NCBI GenBank assembly: GCA_035297145.1
Contig: DATGZN010000030.1
Location: 6,881 to 70,880, forward strand
Source of the DNA: Bryobacteraceae bacterium
GTDB taxonomy: Bacteria > Acidobacteriota > Terriglobia > Bryobacterales > Bryobacteraceae
DNA: 64,000 nucleotides
Reading direction: 5' to 3'
The notes below the pieces were generated by a model. It saw only the letters and a list, made by a program, of their open reading frames with translations, searched no databases and was not told the origin of the DNA. Position numbers and translations under genes: made by a program. Shown one piece after another: positions 15,537-23,508 of this stretch. Positions within the stretch are counted from its first letter, which is position 1; every line of letters begins with the position of its first letter.

Positions 15537-17318
15537 ATGCGGCTTTCGCGACTGCAGATTGCCAATTTCCGAAACTTCCAGAGCATCGACATCGCTCTGA
15601 GCGAACATGCGATCTTCGTGGGCGAGAACAAAGTCGGGAAGTCGAACCTGATTTACGCGATTCGGCTGGTCCTCGATCCGTCGTTGCCGGATTCCCTTCG
15701 TCAACTCCGCATCGAGGACTTCTGGGACGGTGTTCCGCGCCCGTTGTCGAAGGATGACCGAATTGAGATTTCCATCGATATCGCTGACTTCGAGGACGAC
15801 CCGAAGCAGCTTGCGGTGCTCTGCGAGCATTTGGTGGCGCACGAGCCGATGGTCTCGCGCCTTACCTACGCGTTCGGTCCATTCAGAGCCGAGGGCGAGG
15901 AAGCGCCGAAGGACGCCGATTATGAGTGGGTGATTTACGGCGGTGATCGGATCGAGAACATCGTGGCAGGCGATGTGCGGCGACGGCTCCCCTTAGAGTT
16001 TCTGGCAGCGCTGCGCGATGCCGAGGCGGACCTCGGGAACTGGCGGCGGTCTCCGCTTCGCCCCCTGCTGGACCGGGCGGCGGCACAAATCGATCCTAAG
16101 ACGCTCGGAGGGATCGCCGCGTCGGTCACGGAGGTAACGAAGTCGGTTACGGAGACCGATGCGATCAGCGCGCTGTCGCAACAGATCAAAGATCGGCTGG
16201 AGGAGATTGGCGGGCCGTCGCAGGGGTTGGATACGTCGCTGGGATTTTCTCCGGCGGATGCCGACCGCCTGCTGCGGGCGCTGCGTATCTTCATCGACGA
16301 GGGTAAACGCGGGATCAGCGAGGCAAGCCTCGGTTCGGCCAACATCATCTATCTGGCGCTGAAGCTCCTGGAGATTGAGCAGCTCGTTGACGAGGGCGCG
16401 CGCGATCATACGTTTCTCGCAATTGAAGAACCGGAGGCGCATCTGCATCCATACCTTCAGCGGCTCGTGTATCGGGATGTGTTGCGGCGCCGAGCCCACC
16501 AAGAGGGAGAAGAAGCGGAAGGCGCGAACGAGCGCAGGACCATTCTGGTGACCACGCACTCCCCGCACATCGTGAGCGTCTCGCCGCTGGAATCTCTCGT
16601 TGCGCTGCGCAAGGTTGACGGCGCAACAGAGGCCGCGTCGGCTGCGGAATTGGAGTTCGAGGAAGCAGATCGGGCTGATATTGAGCGGTATCTGGATGTA
16701 TCGCGAGGCGAAATGCTGTTCGCCAAGGGCGTTTTACTGGTTGAGGGCGATGCGGAAGCGTATTTGGTGCCGGCTCTCGCCCGGTTGATGGACAAAGATC
16801 TCGACCAACTGGGGATTGTGGTCTGCTCGATTTCAGGGACTCATTTCGGGCCGTATGTGAAGCTGCTGAAAGGCCTGAACATTCCCTCTGCTGTGCTCAC
16901 AGATCGCGATCCGAGCGACCAGGGAGACCGTGGCGTCGCGAGAGTGCTCCAGCTTCTGCAGGATACTGTGCCCGCCAAAATCCTGGCGAAGTACCCGACC
17001 GAAGAGAAGCAGCTCGACCTGGCGCTTAAGCGGGGACTCTTCTTGAACGATCATTGTCTTGAGGTAGACCTGTTCAAGGCGGGTCGGCATAAGAGCATGT
17101 GCGGCGTAATCGCTGAATTGACGGAGAATGGCGCTGCGAAGAAGCGAGCCGGGGAATGGTCTACAAAGCCAGCGAATATGGATGCCGCCCAACTCGTAAA
17201 AGACATTACCGCGATCGGCAAGGGGCGCTTTGCTCAACGGCTCGCCAGCATCATCACAAAGGACATCTGTCCGAAGTACATCGGGAGCGCGATTACGTAT
17301 GTTGCGGAGCGGTGCTAG
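15537..17318 (+). CDS. gajA: OLD-family ATP-dependent nuclease (GajA-like; ABC-ATPase plus TOPRIM).
   Basis: LQIANFRNF...FVGENKVGKSNL (Walker A), FLAIEEPEAHLHP (Walker B/D-loop region), LLVEGDAEAYLVP (TOPRIM). GAAGGGGA SD. Confidence 0.8.
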   Translation: MRLSRLQIANFRNFQSIDIALSEHAIFVGENKVGKSNLIYAIRLVLDPSLPDSLRQLRIEDFWDGVPRPLSKDDRIEISIDIADFEDDPKQLAVLCEHLVAHEPMVSRLTYAFGPFRAEGEEAPKDADYEWVIYGGDRIENIVAGDVRRRLPLEFLAALRDAEADLGNWRRSPLRPLLDRAAAQIDPKTLGGIAASVTEVTKSVTETDAISALSQQIKDRLEEIGGPSQGLDTSLGFSPADADRLLRALRIFIDEGKRGISEASLGSANIIYLALKLLEIEQLVDEGARDHTFLAIEEPEAHLHPYLQRLVYRDVLRRRAHQEGEEAEGANERRTILVTTHSPHIVSVSPLESLVALRKVDGATEAASAAELEFEEADRADIERYLDVSRGEMLFAKGVLLVEGDAEAYLVPALARLMDKDLDQLGIVVCSISGTHFGPYVKLLKGLNIPSAVLTDRDPSDQGDRGVARVLQLLQDTVPAKILAKYPTEEKQLDLALKRGLFLNDHCLEVDLFKAGRHKSMCGVIAELTENGAAKKRAGEWSTKPANMDAAQLVKDITAIGKGRFAQRLASIITKDICPKYIGSAITYVAERC

Positions 17319-19128
17319 GTTTTCGCTGCTCTACCGGGCCGCGGCCGAGGATCTTCGGGACAACCCCGGACAGTGGCAGGCATACGAATCGACCGGCAAC
17401 TGTGTGGTGCTGGCCGGCCCTGGCAGCGGCAAGACGAAGACCCTCACAATCAAACTGGCGCGGATGATGGCGGAGGATGTCGAGCCTCCTCGCGGCATCG
17501 CCTGCATCACCTACAACTCCGAGTGTGCGGCGGAGCTCGGGCGCCGCCTGGACAAACTCGGAATTCAAGAATCCTCGCATGTATTCATCGGCACGATACA
17601 CAGCTTCTGCCTTAAGCATGTGGTGGTTCCGTACGGCAGGCTGGCAGGGCTCGAAATGCCCACCGATGTGAAGGTGGCGACGCCGGATGAACAGGAGCGC
17701 GTTTTCGCAGAAGCCGTAGCAGAGCTATACGGGCCGAACCGGGACCCGACCTATCTGCGCACCGACTTCGACCGGTATCGCCGGACGCATCTGGACCGGG
17801 ATCAACCGGAGTGGCTGGGGGATGATGCGGAAACGGCGCAGCTAATCGAAATCTACGAACGGAAATTGCGGGAGCGCGGGGCAATTGATTTCGACGACAT
17901 GATGTTACTCGGTCTTCGGCTGATCGAGGGAAACCAGTGGGTCCGGTCGTGTTTGCAGGCACGGTTTCCGATCATTGCCGTGGATGAATATCAGGATCTG
18001 GGACTCGCACTGCACAGGATGGTAGTAAGTCTCGTATACGACGCCGGCATCCGCCTGTTCGCGGTGGGCGACGCCGACCAATCGATTTACGGTTTCGCGG
18101 GAGCGATGCCGCACCTGCTTCAGGAACTGTCGGAAATGGAGGGCATGGAGACGGTTCCCCTGCGCTTCAACTACCGCTCTGGTCTGGAAATTGTTGAGGC
18201 GTCGGAAGCGGCTCTGGGCGAGGAGCGCGGATACGAGGCCAAGGCCGGGTACGCCGGCACGATCCACTTTTACAAACTCCCGAAGGGGCTGGAAGAGCAA
18301 GCCGAGCAGATTGCGAAGGTGCTGATCCCTGGCGCACTGGGGCGCCGCAAAGGCCGGACGCTGGGCGACATCGCGGTGCTCTACGTTGACAAGAACGATG
18401 GAGACGTCATTGAAGGGCAGGTGAGTGCGGCGGGGATGCAGTTTATCCGGGTCGATCGAGGCGCACCTTATCGTAAAACGAAGTTCACGCGATGGCTCGA
18501 AGAGTGCGCCGCATGGTGCGCCGGAGGCTGGCGGAGTGGCACGCCGCGTTTGTCCTCGCTGTTGTCGCGCTGGCAGCTGTTCAATCCCTCCATACGGTCG
18601 GAGAAAGAGCGGAGCCAACTGAAGGTGGATCTCGTGCAATTCTTGTTCGGTCACCGGGACGAGAAACTCTCGCTTAGGGATTGGCTCGGAGCGATGGTCG
18701 ATCAGTGTATAGCCCGCGCTTTTGCGGCAGATCCGACGCAGCGGGATGAGGCGGAGGCCCTCGAAGTGTTGCGGCGGGCGTGCGGCCCGAAGGGCAAACT
18801 GGCTAAGCTGACCGTGGGCGCATTCGGAGGCCAGGCGGGCGCGTCTGACCATGTAAACCTGATCACGCTCCACAGCGCCAAGGGCATGGAGTTTGACATT
18901 GTTCTGATGATGGGCCTCGAACAGGGTCGCATCCCGAAGTGGGATGCCAAGACCGCCGAGAAGAAGGGCGAAGCGCGGCGGCTGTTCTATGTGGGTCTGA
19001 CGAGGGCCAGGCACGAAGTGCACTTGCTGTGCTCGGGATTTACGCTGAACCGGAAAGGCCGGCGCTTTGATAACGGCGCCTCCGAATTCATGAGAGAAGT
19101 CTACCGCAAGGTCAAGAAACAGTCTTGA
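17299..19128 (+). CDS. gajB: UvrD/PcrA-type superfamily-1 helicase (GajB-like).
   Basis: VLAGPGSGKTKT (Walker A), AVDEYQD (motif II), TLHSAKGMEFD and LFYVGLTRAR (motifs V/VI). The ATG at 17299 overlaps the nuclease gene by 20 nt. Confidence 0.8.
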   Translation: MLRSGARFSLLYRAAAEDLRDNPGQWQAYESTGNCVVLAGPGSGKTKTLTIKLARMMAEDVEPPRGIACITYNSECAAELGRRLDKLGIQESSHVFIGTIHSFCLKHVVVPYGRLAGLEMPTDVKVATPDEQERVFAEAVAELYGPNRDPTYLRTDFDRYRRTHLDRDQPEWLGDDAETAQLIEIYERKLRERGAIDFDDMMLLGLRLIEGNQWVRSCLQARFPIIAVDEYQDLGLALHRMVVSLVYDAGIRLFAVGDADQSIYGFAGAMPHLLQELSEMEGMETVPLRFNYRSGLEIVEASEAALGEERGYEAKAGYAGTIHFYKLPKGLEEQAEQIAKVLIPGALGRRKGRTLGDIAVLYVDKNDGDVIEGQVSAAGMQFIRVDRGAPYRKTKFTRWLEECAAWCAGGWRSGTPRLSSLLSRWQLFNPSIRSEKERSQLKVDLVQFLFGHRDEKLSLRDWLGAMVDQCIARAFAADPTQRDEAEALEVLRRACGPKGKLAKLTVGAFGGQAGASDHVNLITLHSAKGMEFDIVLMMGLEQGRIPKWDAKTAEKKGEARRLFYVGLTRARHEVHLLCSGFTLNRKGRRFDNGASEFMREVYRKVKKQS

Positions 19129-19194
19129 GGCGCTGGAAAGAAGATATTGCTAGGCGGCAGGGAGAGGGACAGCAGATTTTGTATGGGACAAGCC

Positions 19195-19821
19195 TTACCT
19201 CGTCGCGCTCTTGCGGTTCAGGAGTTTTTGTCCATCGGGACGCAGAGAGCCATCTGGCGCCACGTGGCGGTAAAGCGTCTGGCGGGTAACACCCAGTTCC
19301 GTGCAGAGATCCCGTACGCTGGTTTCCGAGTTGCCCATCGATGCCCGTGCCAGGCGTAGCTTGGCGGAGGTCATCTTGTAGGGCCTGCCCCCGCGACGCC
19401 CGCGCGCCCGCGCTGCAGCCAGTCCCGCTTTCGTCCTTTCAACGATCAGTTCGCGCTCGAACTCCGCCAAGGCAGCGAAGAACCCGAAGACCAATTTTCC
19501 GCTCGGCGTCGTGGTGTCGATGGTGGCGCCGTGGCCGGTGAGCACTTTGAAGCCGATACCGCGTATGGTGAGCTCGTGGACGGTGTTGACGAGGTGGCGT
19601 AGATTGCGGCCGAGCCTATCGAGTTTCCAGACCAAGAGTGTATCGCCGCGGCGGAGAGCCTTCAGACAGGCGGTCAGGCCGGGCCGGTCGTCGCGCTTGC
19701 CCGAAGTCCTGTCCTCGTAAATGCGCACCAGGCTGACGCCGGCCGCCACCAGAGCGTCGCGTTGGAGGTCGGTTACCTGGCTGCCGTCCGCCTTGCTCAC
19801 GCGCATGTAGCCCACCAGCAT
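19195..19821 (-). CDS. Serine recombinase (resolvase/invertase family).
   Basis: LVGYMRVSKADGSQ (catalytic Ser), LLVWKLDRLGRN, C-terminal HTH VRDLCTELGVTRQTLYRHV. Start chosen at the MLVGY Met. Confidence 0.9.
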   Translation of the reverse strand: MLVGYMRVSKADGSQVTDLQRDALVAAGVSLVRIYEDRTSGKRDDRPGLTACLKALRRGDTLLVWKLDRLGRNLRHLVNTVHELTIRGIGFKVLTGHGATIDTTTPSGKLVFGFFAALAEFERELIVERTKAGLAAARARGRRGGRPYKMTSAKLRLARASMGNSETSVRDLCTELGVTRQTLYRHVAPDGSLRPDGQKLLNRKSATR

Positions 19822-19851
19822 CGTGTTCTCCGGTCTTGTTATGGTCACTGT

Positions 19852-19940
19852 GTTCGGTTACATAAACGGTCGGTTATGTGACAGCAGCCGAGACCGGTGT
19901 TTTGGACGAGAAGTTAGTAAGATAACTTGTCACATAATCT
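19852..19940. promoter_or_regulatory. Candidate res-like recombination site upstream of the resolvase.
   Basis: GTTACATAA-N8-TTATGTGAC imperfect dyad (19857-19882). AAGTTA-N6-TAACTT dyad (19911-19928). A third TGTCACATAA copy (19928-19937). Confidence 0.35.
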
Positions 19941-20820
19941 GTGTCCCGTAAACACCATTCGCATCGCGTTTTGATTGAGTGACAAACGGTTGGCCTAAGG
20001 TCTCTTATGGGAAGGAGTGTCTATCAGTTTTCCGGAACATCTGTGGACGGGCCAGCGACACGCCCAGCAGATCGTGGTCCGGATTACGGCTCGATGGGTT
20101 CTTTCATCATTCACAACAAGAGGCTCGGCAGGGAGGTGGCCAATTTCCGTAAAAAGCTCGTTCCGACTTGACGAAATCCTTGAAACCCTGCGGACGGCGG
20201 AAATTTCCTACCTCGACCGTCGGGCGGTCCAAAAACGCTTTGGCGTGCGCCAACAACGCGATCGAGGGTGCCCGGCCTCCGGGTCGGGAACGCTGCTGCG
20301 GTCCTCCGGCAGGCCTTAATCGCGTGTCTGGAAGGAAGCGGCTGCATCCGTTCGCTAAGTTTCGCGAATTCGCTATTCGCCATCAAATGGTTTTCGTGGC
20401 TTTGGTTCCTGAACGGCGGCTTCGAATACGACTTCGGCCTGAAGGAGCAATGCGGGAAGCGCTTCGTTCCGGGCAGGCTGACCCAACATCCATGCATCAG
20501 AATTCACTGCGCGTGCGCAGCACTCGCCCGCGTCATTCTCATAAATATGAACGATGAGGCCGGTGTCATGCTGGACACAACGGGCGTCGCGAAGCATGGT
20601 CCACTGGCGTTCCCAATCCTCTTTAATGATGTTATCAGCGCTCATGCGTTCTATAGATAGCGAAGTCGGACATAGAGGTCAAAGGAAAACCGACAGCCGA
20701 AAAGCTCGGGCGCTGGCCTACGTCGAAACCGTGGCGGCCGAGATGCACCGCAAGCGGGATAAGATCCGCGAGATGACGCAGAACTGCTGGCTATAAGGCG
20801 CGGCGCCTCCCGTACAATCG

Positions 20821-20849
20821 GGGCGGCTCCTTCGGGGCCGCCCTTTTTT
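20821..20849 (+). terminator. Rho-independent terminator (plus strand).
   Basis: GGGCGGCTC-loop-GGGGCCGCCC stem (one G-U pair) followed by TTTTTT at 20844-20849. Confidence 0.5.
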
Positions 20850-20909
20850 CGTTTGGGCATTCGTATGATCGTGTTTTTCGGGGCTGCGTAGATGCTTGCC
20901 TGGACTAAG

Positions 20910-21158
20910 TCAACTATCCGCCACGCTGCAACCGCCTCTTCTGTTGCTTTCCCTCTTGCCACCATTCCTCCGAGCCGTCTGCCCGCTCAATGGCTGGTCC
21001 TCTGTCACTGTGTAGTTGACCGAACCTCCACCATTCTCTACCGCCATCGGGGTATAAGACGGCGGGGCCGTCTTCGCGGTGCAGGAGGCCGTCGAGATAC
21101 CATCGCCGAGTGCCGTCGGGATATACACCCTGTTTTCAGCTGGCACCTGCGACTTCAT
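20910..21158 (-). CDS. Hypothetical 82-aa protein.
   Basis: The internal Met of ORF 20910..21272 is preceded by a strong SD (AGGAGGG, 4-nt spacer, ATG at 21158). No family recognised. Confidence 0.3.
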   Translation of the reverse strand: MKSQVPAENRVYIPTALGDGISTASCTAKTAPPSYTPMAVENGGGSVNYTVTEDQPLSGQTARRNGGKRESNRRGGCSVADS

Positions 21159-21269
21159 CAAACCCTCCTGTCGATAACTATAGCCCTTACACTTCCAGCG
21201 TGATCCGGCAGGAGATTCGTTACCTTGACTATAGTCAAGTCGTTCCAGGAAATGGGGAGCGGCGGAGTA

Positions 21270-21303
21270 CAAAAAGAAGCCCCCGGTGGTTTAGGTCCGG
21301 GGG
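21270..21303 (-). terminator. Rho-independent terminator-like hairpin (minus strand).
   Basis: CCCCCGG / CCGGGGG 7-bp stem (21280-21286 with 21297-21303) and a 10-nt loop. On the minus strand it is followed by CTTCTTTTTG. Confidence 0.4.
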
Positions 21304-21605
21304 ACGGAAGGTGATAGTTACCTTTCCCATGAAACTCTCCAGAGCCCCTGTTCTTATAGGTTGTCGTCGTCATCCGCGGCCGTTCCCCGATTCTGCGGTA
21401 TGGGTACTAAGGAAGGGTTAAGGATGGTTCCATCCTTAGGCTGCCGGGGCGGGAGCAGGTGTCCCGCTATTTCCCGGCACTTGGAAGAACTACGATTTGC
21501 CCTTCGCGGGATGGTGCCATCCCCTACGCCGAAGCGGGATCATGGTGACCCGCAAGCTTTCGGCTTCGAAGCGAGGGCAAAGGGGAGCTGGTGCGCGCGG
21601 AGGGC

Positions 21606-22787
21606 CTACTCCTCTGGTTCCGTGGGCGGCTCGCTTTTCTTCGCCTTCTTCCGCCTTATGTTGATCGCAGAGGCGTCGAGGCTGTTCTTGAGGTGGGAAG
21701 CGTAGTATTTCTCGATCATCTCGACGCTGGTGCGGCAGTTCTTCGCGATCTGGTAAATGTCCGCGCCTTCCATGAGACGCAGGCAGATGTAGGTGTGCCG
21801 CAGGCTGTAGGCCGTGCGGGGTTGTCCCTCGCGGTCTTTCTTGAGGCCTTCTTCGTCCAGGATGGTGTTGAAGAGTTGCCGGTGGGTCTTTGGGAAAATC
21901 ACATCGGTCGGCTGCGGCTTGTTCCTCTCGACTAGTCTCTGGAAAGGCTTTACGGCCCCGCTGGTGCTCTTGCAATAGCCGACACCGCGTTTGCCCCTGA
22001 CCTCGATCTCAAGGATGGTTTCCTTGCTGCCCTCGTCCTCGACGATCTTCACATCGCGATATTCAAGGTGGTTCGCCTCATCCGGCCGCAGGCCGGTATT
22101 GGCCATGAACAGGACGTAGTCGTGAAGCTGTTCGGATTCCCATTTGTAGCGGGGATTTTTCGGATTCCGCGCCCGTCGCCGGGTGGCATCATAGAGCTTC
22201 TTGTATTCCTCCGGGGAAAACCACGCACGGTGCGAGATTTTTCCGGATGCCCGATAGGGCTCGGAGAGATCCGGAAGCCGATCCAGCCATCGGTGGCGCA
22301 CGGCGGCTTTGAGGGTTTGCCGCAGAACGACGATTTCCTGGTGCATGGTGCTCCGGGCTGGCGGTTTTCCGTATTCCTTCACCGCTTCCTCGTGGCGATG
22401 AATGCGGTACTCCTGTATCTGGCCGGGCGTGATCTCGGAAAGTCCCATGTCGCCAAAGAAGGGCAGCAAATGAAGCCGGAGGCGAGTGCTGTGGCCTAAA
22501 ACGTACTCGGCATTACGTTGGCCCTCGGTGATGATCTGGTATTCGCGCTCGAATTGCACAGCGGCTTCGCGAAAGGTTTTTTCGTCGCGTATTTCGCCGT
22601 TGCGGGCCTTGCCGCGCAACTCCAGATACCAGTCCTCGGCGAAGTCCTTGGCCTTGGCCAGGCTGTCTTCCTTGGTGGAAACCCGCCGGTTCTTGCCGGC
22701 GAGGTAGGTGGCACATTGCCAGCGACTGCTGTTGTCCCGTCTATAGACGTGGACCTTGCCGCCGAGAATTGTGTGTTTCTCTGGCAT
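21606..22787 (-). CDS. int: Tyrosine site-specific integrase.
   Basis: NTGLRPDEANHL (Arg I), AYSLRHTYICLRL (H/Y-x-x-R box), EMIEKYYASHL (catalytic Tyr region). N-terminal SAM-like/arm-type region. Confidence 0.9.
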   Translation of the reverse strand: MPEKHTILGGKVHVYRRDNSSRWQCATYLAGKNRRVSTKEDSLAKAKDFAEDWYLELRGKARNGEIRDEKTFREAAVQFEREYQIITEGQRNAEYVLGHSTRLRLHLLPFFGDMGLSEITPGQIQEYRIHRHEEAVKEYGKPPARSTMHQEIVVLRQTLKAAVRHRWLDRLPDLSEPYRASGKISHRAWFSPEEYKKLYDATRRRARNPKNPRYKWESEQLHDYVLFMANTGLRPDEANHLEYRDVKIVEDEGSKETILEIEVRGKRGVGYCKSTSGAVKPFQRLVERNKPQPTDVIFPKTHRQLFNTILDEEGLKKDREGQPRTAYSLRHTYICLRLMEGADIYQIAKNCRTSVEMIEKYYASHLKNSLDASAINIRRKKAKKSEPPTEPEE

Positions 22788-23044
22788 CGCGCTTTACGGA
22801 GCGGAAACGGCCAAACTGTGCAACACTTGTGTAAGTATATCACAAGGGTTGTTGTTTTGCGCATGTCGATGAATTTAGGTGGCTTAGCATGCACGATAAT
22901 TCTTGTTTGTATGATTTTGAGTCCCGTGCGTCTGCCAGTTCCGCCACTCCAGCTTCGCGATTTCGCATTCAGTATAGCATCCGGACCTTTTCCGGCCGGA
23001 CTCGGTTCGACGGAACTCCTGGCGCACAAGGTTCGCAAATTCAC

Positions 23045-23200
23045 AGCGAGGTGTGGTGTGTGAACACCCTGGAACGACCTTCGATACGTGCTGCTGCCCC
23101 CGCTGGCTGCGACCGCGGTTTTGCCATCGGCGCGATCCTGGCTCTGGCGTTGGGCAGGAGGAAGACCAGCCGGGACACGGTCAATCCGTGGTCATCCCAA
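23045..23200 (+). pseudogene. Decayed fragment of an ADOP/MacB-like permease gene: the 5' end plus a piece from ~140 codons downstream, with an internal deletion and frame breaks.
   Basis: By eye, 23045-23150 aligns (roughly four bases in five) with 25485-25595, including the SD and start. 23155-23195 (AGGAGGAAGACCAGCCGGGACACGGTCAATCCGTGGTC) aligns with 25914-25951. The two pieces are in different frames and there is no downstream continuation. Confidence 0.6.
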
Positions 23201-23239
23201 GGCAGAAGCGGGCTGCGGACAATACTGCTCTAATTCGTG

Positions 23240-23268
23240 TTGACAACTTTCGAAGGGTGGATTAACAT
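23240..23268 (+). promoter_or_regulatory. Sigma70-type promoter (TTGACA-17 nt-TAACAT) upstream of the small peptide gene.
   Basis: TTGACA at 23240-23245, 17-nt spacer, TAACAT at 23263-23268. The leader contains a TCACTT-GTGA-AAGTGA hairpin. Confidence 0.4.
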
Positions 23269-23342
23269 CCGTGGGTCACTTGTGAAAGTGAGTCCTGAGT
23301 GCAGTGGTTTCTTGACATACAGCATGAAGCAGGGAGTGAATC

Positions 23343-23489
23343 ATGAACAAAGACAAGAAGGATAGCAAACGCAAACAGAATCCGAAAAGCAAGCAATCCG
23401 TTGTCCGCAAACCGGATGAAACCGAACTGACCGACGAACAACTCACCAAGGTCGCCGGCGGCGCAAGAAGAACCGGGGGCCTGTCGTAA
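23343..23489 (+). CDS. Unannotated 48-aa peptide with a double-glycine leader-type motif (candidate RiPP/bacteriocin-like precursor).
   Basis: GGGAG SD 7 nt upstream. MNKDKKDSKRKQNPKSKQSVVRKPDETELTDEQLTKVAGG|ARRTGGLS. ELTDEQLTKVAGG resembles the LS-x2-EL-x2-I-x-GG bacteriocin-type leader. TAA at 23487-23489. Below the 60-aa cut-off of the ORF track. Confidence 0.45.
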   Translation: MNKDKKDSKRKQNPKSKQSVVRKPDETELTDEQLTKVAGGARRTGGLS

Positions 23490-23508
23490 ATCCACCCTCG
23501 ATGGTGGT

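Larger units (their letters stand above)
1..23044. mobile_element. Right-hand portion of an integrated genomic island (defence island / degraded integrative element). The left end lies outside the window.
   Basis: Tyrosine integrase at the right edge (21606-22787), serine resolvase with a res-like site, plasmid/ICE-type ArdC, and many defence-type genes. An AT-richer, gene-poor stretch at 19.9-21.6 kb and 22.8-22.95 kb. Core-type genes start right of about 23.05 kb. The exact right boundary is not determinable (no tRNA, no second att copy in the window). Confidence 0.5.

Noticed and set aside
20017-20660. Mutually overlapping ORFs (20017-20319+, 20111-20497-, 20168-20557+, 20268-20660+, 20373-20645-, 20554-20796+).
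   Set aside because: No frame has a convincing SD plus start, third-position GC does not discriminate between them, and no motif is recognised. The segment is likely decayed or non-coding, so no CDS was called.
13412-21238. Recurrence of CTATAG-containing palindromes: the MerR operator at 13412-13428, CTATAGTTA near 21170-21180 and CTTGACTATAGTCAAG at 21223-21238. I considered these a shared regulon signal.
   Set aside because: CTATAG is a self-complementary hexamer expected several times by chance in 64 kb. The flanks beyond the hexamer are not convincingly shared.
21310-21600. Hairpin-rich segment between the integrase stop and the minus-strand terminator. I considered tmRNA, RNase P RNA, a retron msr/msd or another known ncRNA.
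   Set aside because: None of the conserved motifs is present: no tRNA-like 3' end or tag ORF, no GGAAAGUCC-type RNase P core, and no reverse transcriptase nearby. It is kept only as an unexplained structured region in the findings.
22990-23030. Possible tRNA attachment target next to the integrase (GGTTCGA T-loop-like motif at 23004-23010 and a second GGTTCGC nearby).
   Set aside because: The flanking bases do not form a T-stem, acceptor stem or anticodon arm. No cloverleaf could be built on either strand.
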